64,000 nucleotides of DNA from Vicugna vicugna (taxonomy: Eukaryota), in NCBI GenBank assembly GCA_013265495.1, contig MU058423.1, positions 2,061,061 to 2,125,060 of the forward strand, given 5' to 3'. Of this stretch, positions 61,561 through 64,000 are shown one piece after another. A program made the position numbers and the translations under genes. The notes under the pieces are model-generated. The model was not told the DNA's origin. It saw only the letters and a list, made by a program, of their open reading frames with translations, and did no database searches. Positions within the stretch are counted from its first letter, which is position 1; each line of letters opens with the position of its first letter.

Positions 61561-63792
61561 CATGGATGCTCAGAGGACAGGCTAGGCTTGGAATGCAAGA
61601 CAGGGGAGTATCAGGCAAAGGTTATGAGATCAATGCAGGGTTGCTTTTCTATTTGTTGTCTCATTTTTGTCTTTAATGCAATGACTTGATGAAACATAAA
61701 TGCTGATGGAGGGCAGGGGACCTAGAGGTGGGAAGGGCAGCTGTCCTCTACAGGAGACCCTGAGCTGCTCCTTTGAGAGACAAGGGGAGGAGGACCGGAT
61801 GGGGCAGCTGTGGGCAGGGTGGTAGGTTCTATTCTGCGTCTGTCCTCTAAGGGAGTTTCTGTCCTGGTGGCTTCTGTTTTCCCCATAAAGCAGGAGGCAA
61901 AATCATCTGCTGGAGTGAAGTGTGCTGGCGGGAAGGTCAGAAGGTTCAGGCAGTAGAAGTGGTTTAAAATGTTCACAGTGGAACATGGGAAAGCAAGCGG
62001 CCAGAGACATGGCACACTGTTGACGGGCCAGTGTGCTCAGTGTCATCTTCTTTACAAAAGTGATACAGACCCACAGATCCTCATCCAAAAGCCTTGGAGC
62101 CAGACTGGTTTGGGGAAGCAGGCTTTGTTTCTAACTCCATTTCAGAAAGGTAATGTTGTGCACATGCCACATAATTACACAGCACAACCAGCGAGGTCTG
62201 GGGCAGCACCCCGCAATCAAACACACTGTACTTCTGCAGCAGAATATGAATATTCACACCAAGTGAGTCAATAAAGACTATAAATAGCCTCACATCTGTT
62301 CAGGTCATTTTGCCACCAAATGAGTTAAGGGAGAAAGAAAAAAAACCTTGTTTTTCAGGGCTATTAGAATTTGGGCATTGTGGAGAAAAAAATAAGAAAC
62401 TCTATATGCTCCTAATAGAAATTAGGAGATTATTAAAGAAAATGGAGAACAACATAGTCATAGTCCCCCTGGAAAAGGACTTCTGTACTTCCATTCTCCT
62501 GGGTGGGGTGTTTTTTGTTTGTTTTTTTAATGATTCTCCCAGAAGGTTCCAGAAATGAGTGAGTTACTTATGCCTGGCAGGATGCCGGCATTCACTGTTG
62601 TACACAGATGTCAGTCATGAAATTCCTACCAATTAGCTGGAACCTGGGCACCTCCCTCAGGCTAGAAACTGGACTTAATGGGATGGCTCTGGGTAGTCTG
62701 CTATAAAGAGACTATAAAGAGACACAAGATTTTGTAAGAGAGGGTGGGTTGAGATGGACACAGCTCTGGCCATGTCATTTGAGTGTTAAAACATCTTTGA
62801 TGGCTCCCCACTGTCTGCTGGAAAATCTTTTCCCATTCTGTGTTCTGAACACCCTAATTACTCTTCAAAAGTACCACGGTCTCATACTGCTAGCCTTTGC
62901 CTAAGCTGTGCCCTCTGCCTAGAATTCCCTTCCTCCTTCTCACCTTCTGGTGAACTCCTATTTACTTCTCAAAACCCAGCACAAATATCAACTGCTCTTT
63001 GAAGCTTTGCCTGACTGCCTCTGGCAGAGCTAGCCGTGGGCTCTCACCGCTCCTGTCAGTACTCGCAGGACAGGCTTATTTGTCTGTCTTCCTTCTGATA
63101 CTTCGTGTTTGTTGGAGGGAGGGGCCCATCTCCTGCTCATCTTTGTGTGAGCAGTGCCTGCATGGCTCACAGGAGAGAAGGAAACAGTGGAGGACAAGAG
63201 AGAGACAGACAGAGGCTAACCTGTGTCTTTGAGGTGAGCTGAGCAAGAAGGACCAGACCAGGGGCTGTGAAGCTGGGCCAGCCTTTTTGTGCTAAGATGC
63301 AATCTTCTAGGACCAGAAGATCCTTAGGACTTTAAACCTGACTTTCTGAAAATGGCTACTTCAATCCTGGCATCCTTTCTTTCTCCTTTCCTTCTCTTCT
63401 TTCTCTCTCTAAAGTAATTATTCCCTTTTTTGATCTATGTCAGTCATTACTAAAGATTTTACAGAAAATCTAGGCCATGTGTGAGACCCAGACACATATC
63501 ATCATTAGGGTTTTCACTGCTCCCTAAACCTCAAACTAAGATGTGAATAAATTCCTAGGCCTAGGCACCATCAGGGCCAAATTTCATGAATGGAGGCAGC
63601 CACCTCAGGGAGGGCACCATAATCCCAAACTGCACCATCAGAGCTGGCCCTACAGTGTGGGGGATTTCTTGGAGGACAGGGTAGGACTGCCTAATATGCA
63701 ACAATTTGGGATGGAAACAAAAATTGTTTTTTGTTTGTCTGTATGTTAATATTGTATCTACTTGCTGTTCTTTTTCCATTTTTAAAAATTAT

Positions 63793-64000
63793 GGGGTGGG
63801 AAGGGATAAATTGGGAGCTTGAGATTTGCAGATACTATTACATATAAAATAAACAGCAGGTTTCTACTGTATAGCACAGGGAATTATATTTAATATCTTA
63901 TAGTAACCTATAATGAAAAAGAGTATCAAAATGAATATAAGTATGTATATGTATGATTGAAACATTATGTTGTAGACCAGAAATTGACACAACATTGTAA
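63793..64000 (+). mobile_element. Artiodactyl-type L1 3' end, runs off the window
   Basis: gggataaattgggagcttgagatttgcagatac...ctactgtatagcacagggaa...accagaaattgacacaacattgtaa. Confidence 0.8.

Overview
Mammalian genomic DNA, most likely a camelid: it carries a Vic-1-like tRNA-Ala SINE and artiodactyl-type L1 3' ends, and I recognised no Alu, B1/B2, Bov or PRE1 elements. Two neuronal genes lie in tandem on the minus strand. The last six coding exons (7-12) and 3' UTR of SLC6A17 (NTT4) span about 48.5-58.0 kb. The complete KCNC4 (Kv3.4) gene spans about 18.2-41 kb with its CpG-island promoter. Positions 1-18 kb are non-coding and repeat-rich (MIR, L2, L1, CR1/L3, hAT). All exon boundaries were read by hand and splice phases are consistent. 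The points most worth checking are in KCNC4: (1) a Tyr-to-Cys change just outside the selectivity filter (GYGDMCP, the Shaker-449/external-TEA position); (2) several alternative C-termini, including a Kv3.2b-like exon in intron 3 whose ancestral tail is frameshifted and a decayed copy of the human 635-aa isoform exon; (3) an NRF1+ETS promoter signature beside the Kv3.2b-like exon; (4) a weak first ATG and strong Met29 flanking the inactivation ball; (5) miR-19 and miR-92 seed sites in the 3' UTR. I found no prokaryote-type or wholly new system. Comparisons to other species' proteins are from memory and need alignment.
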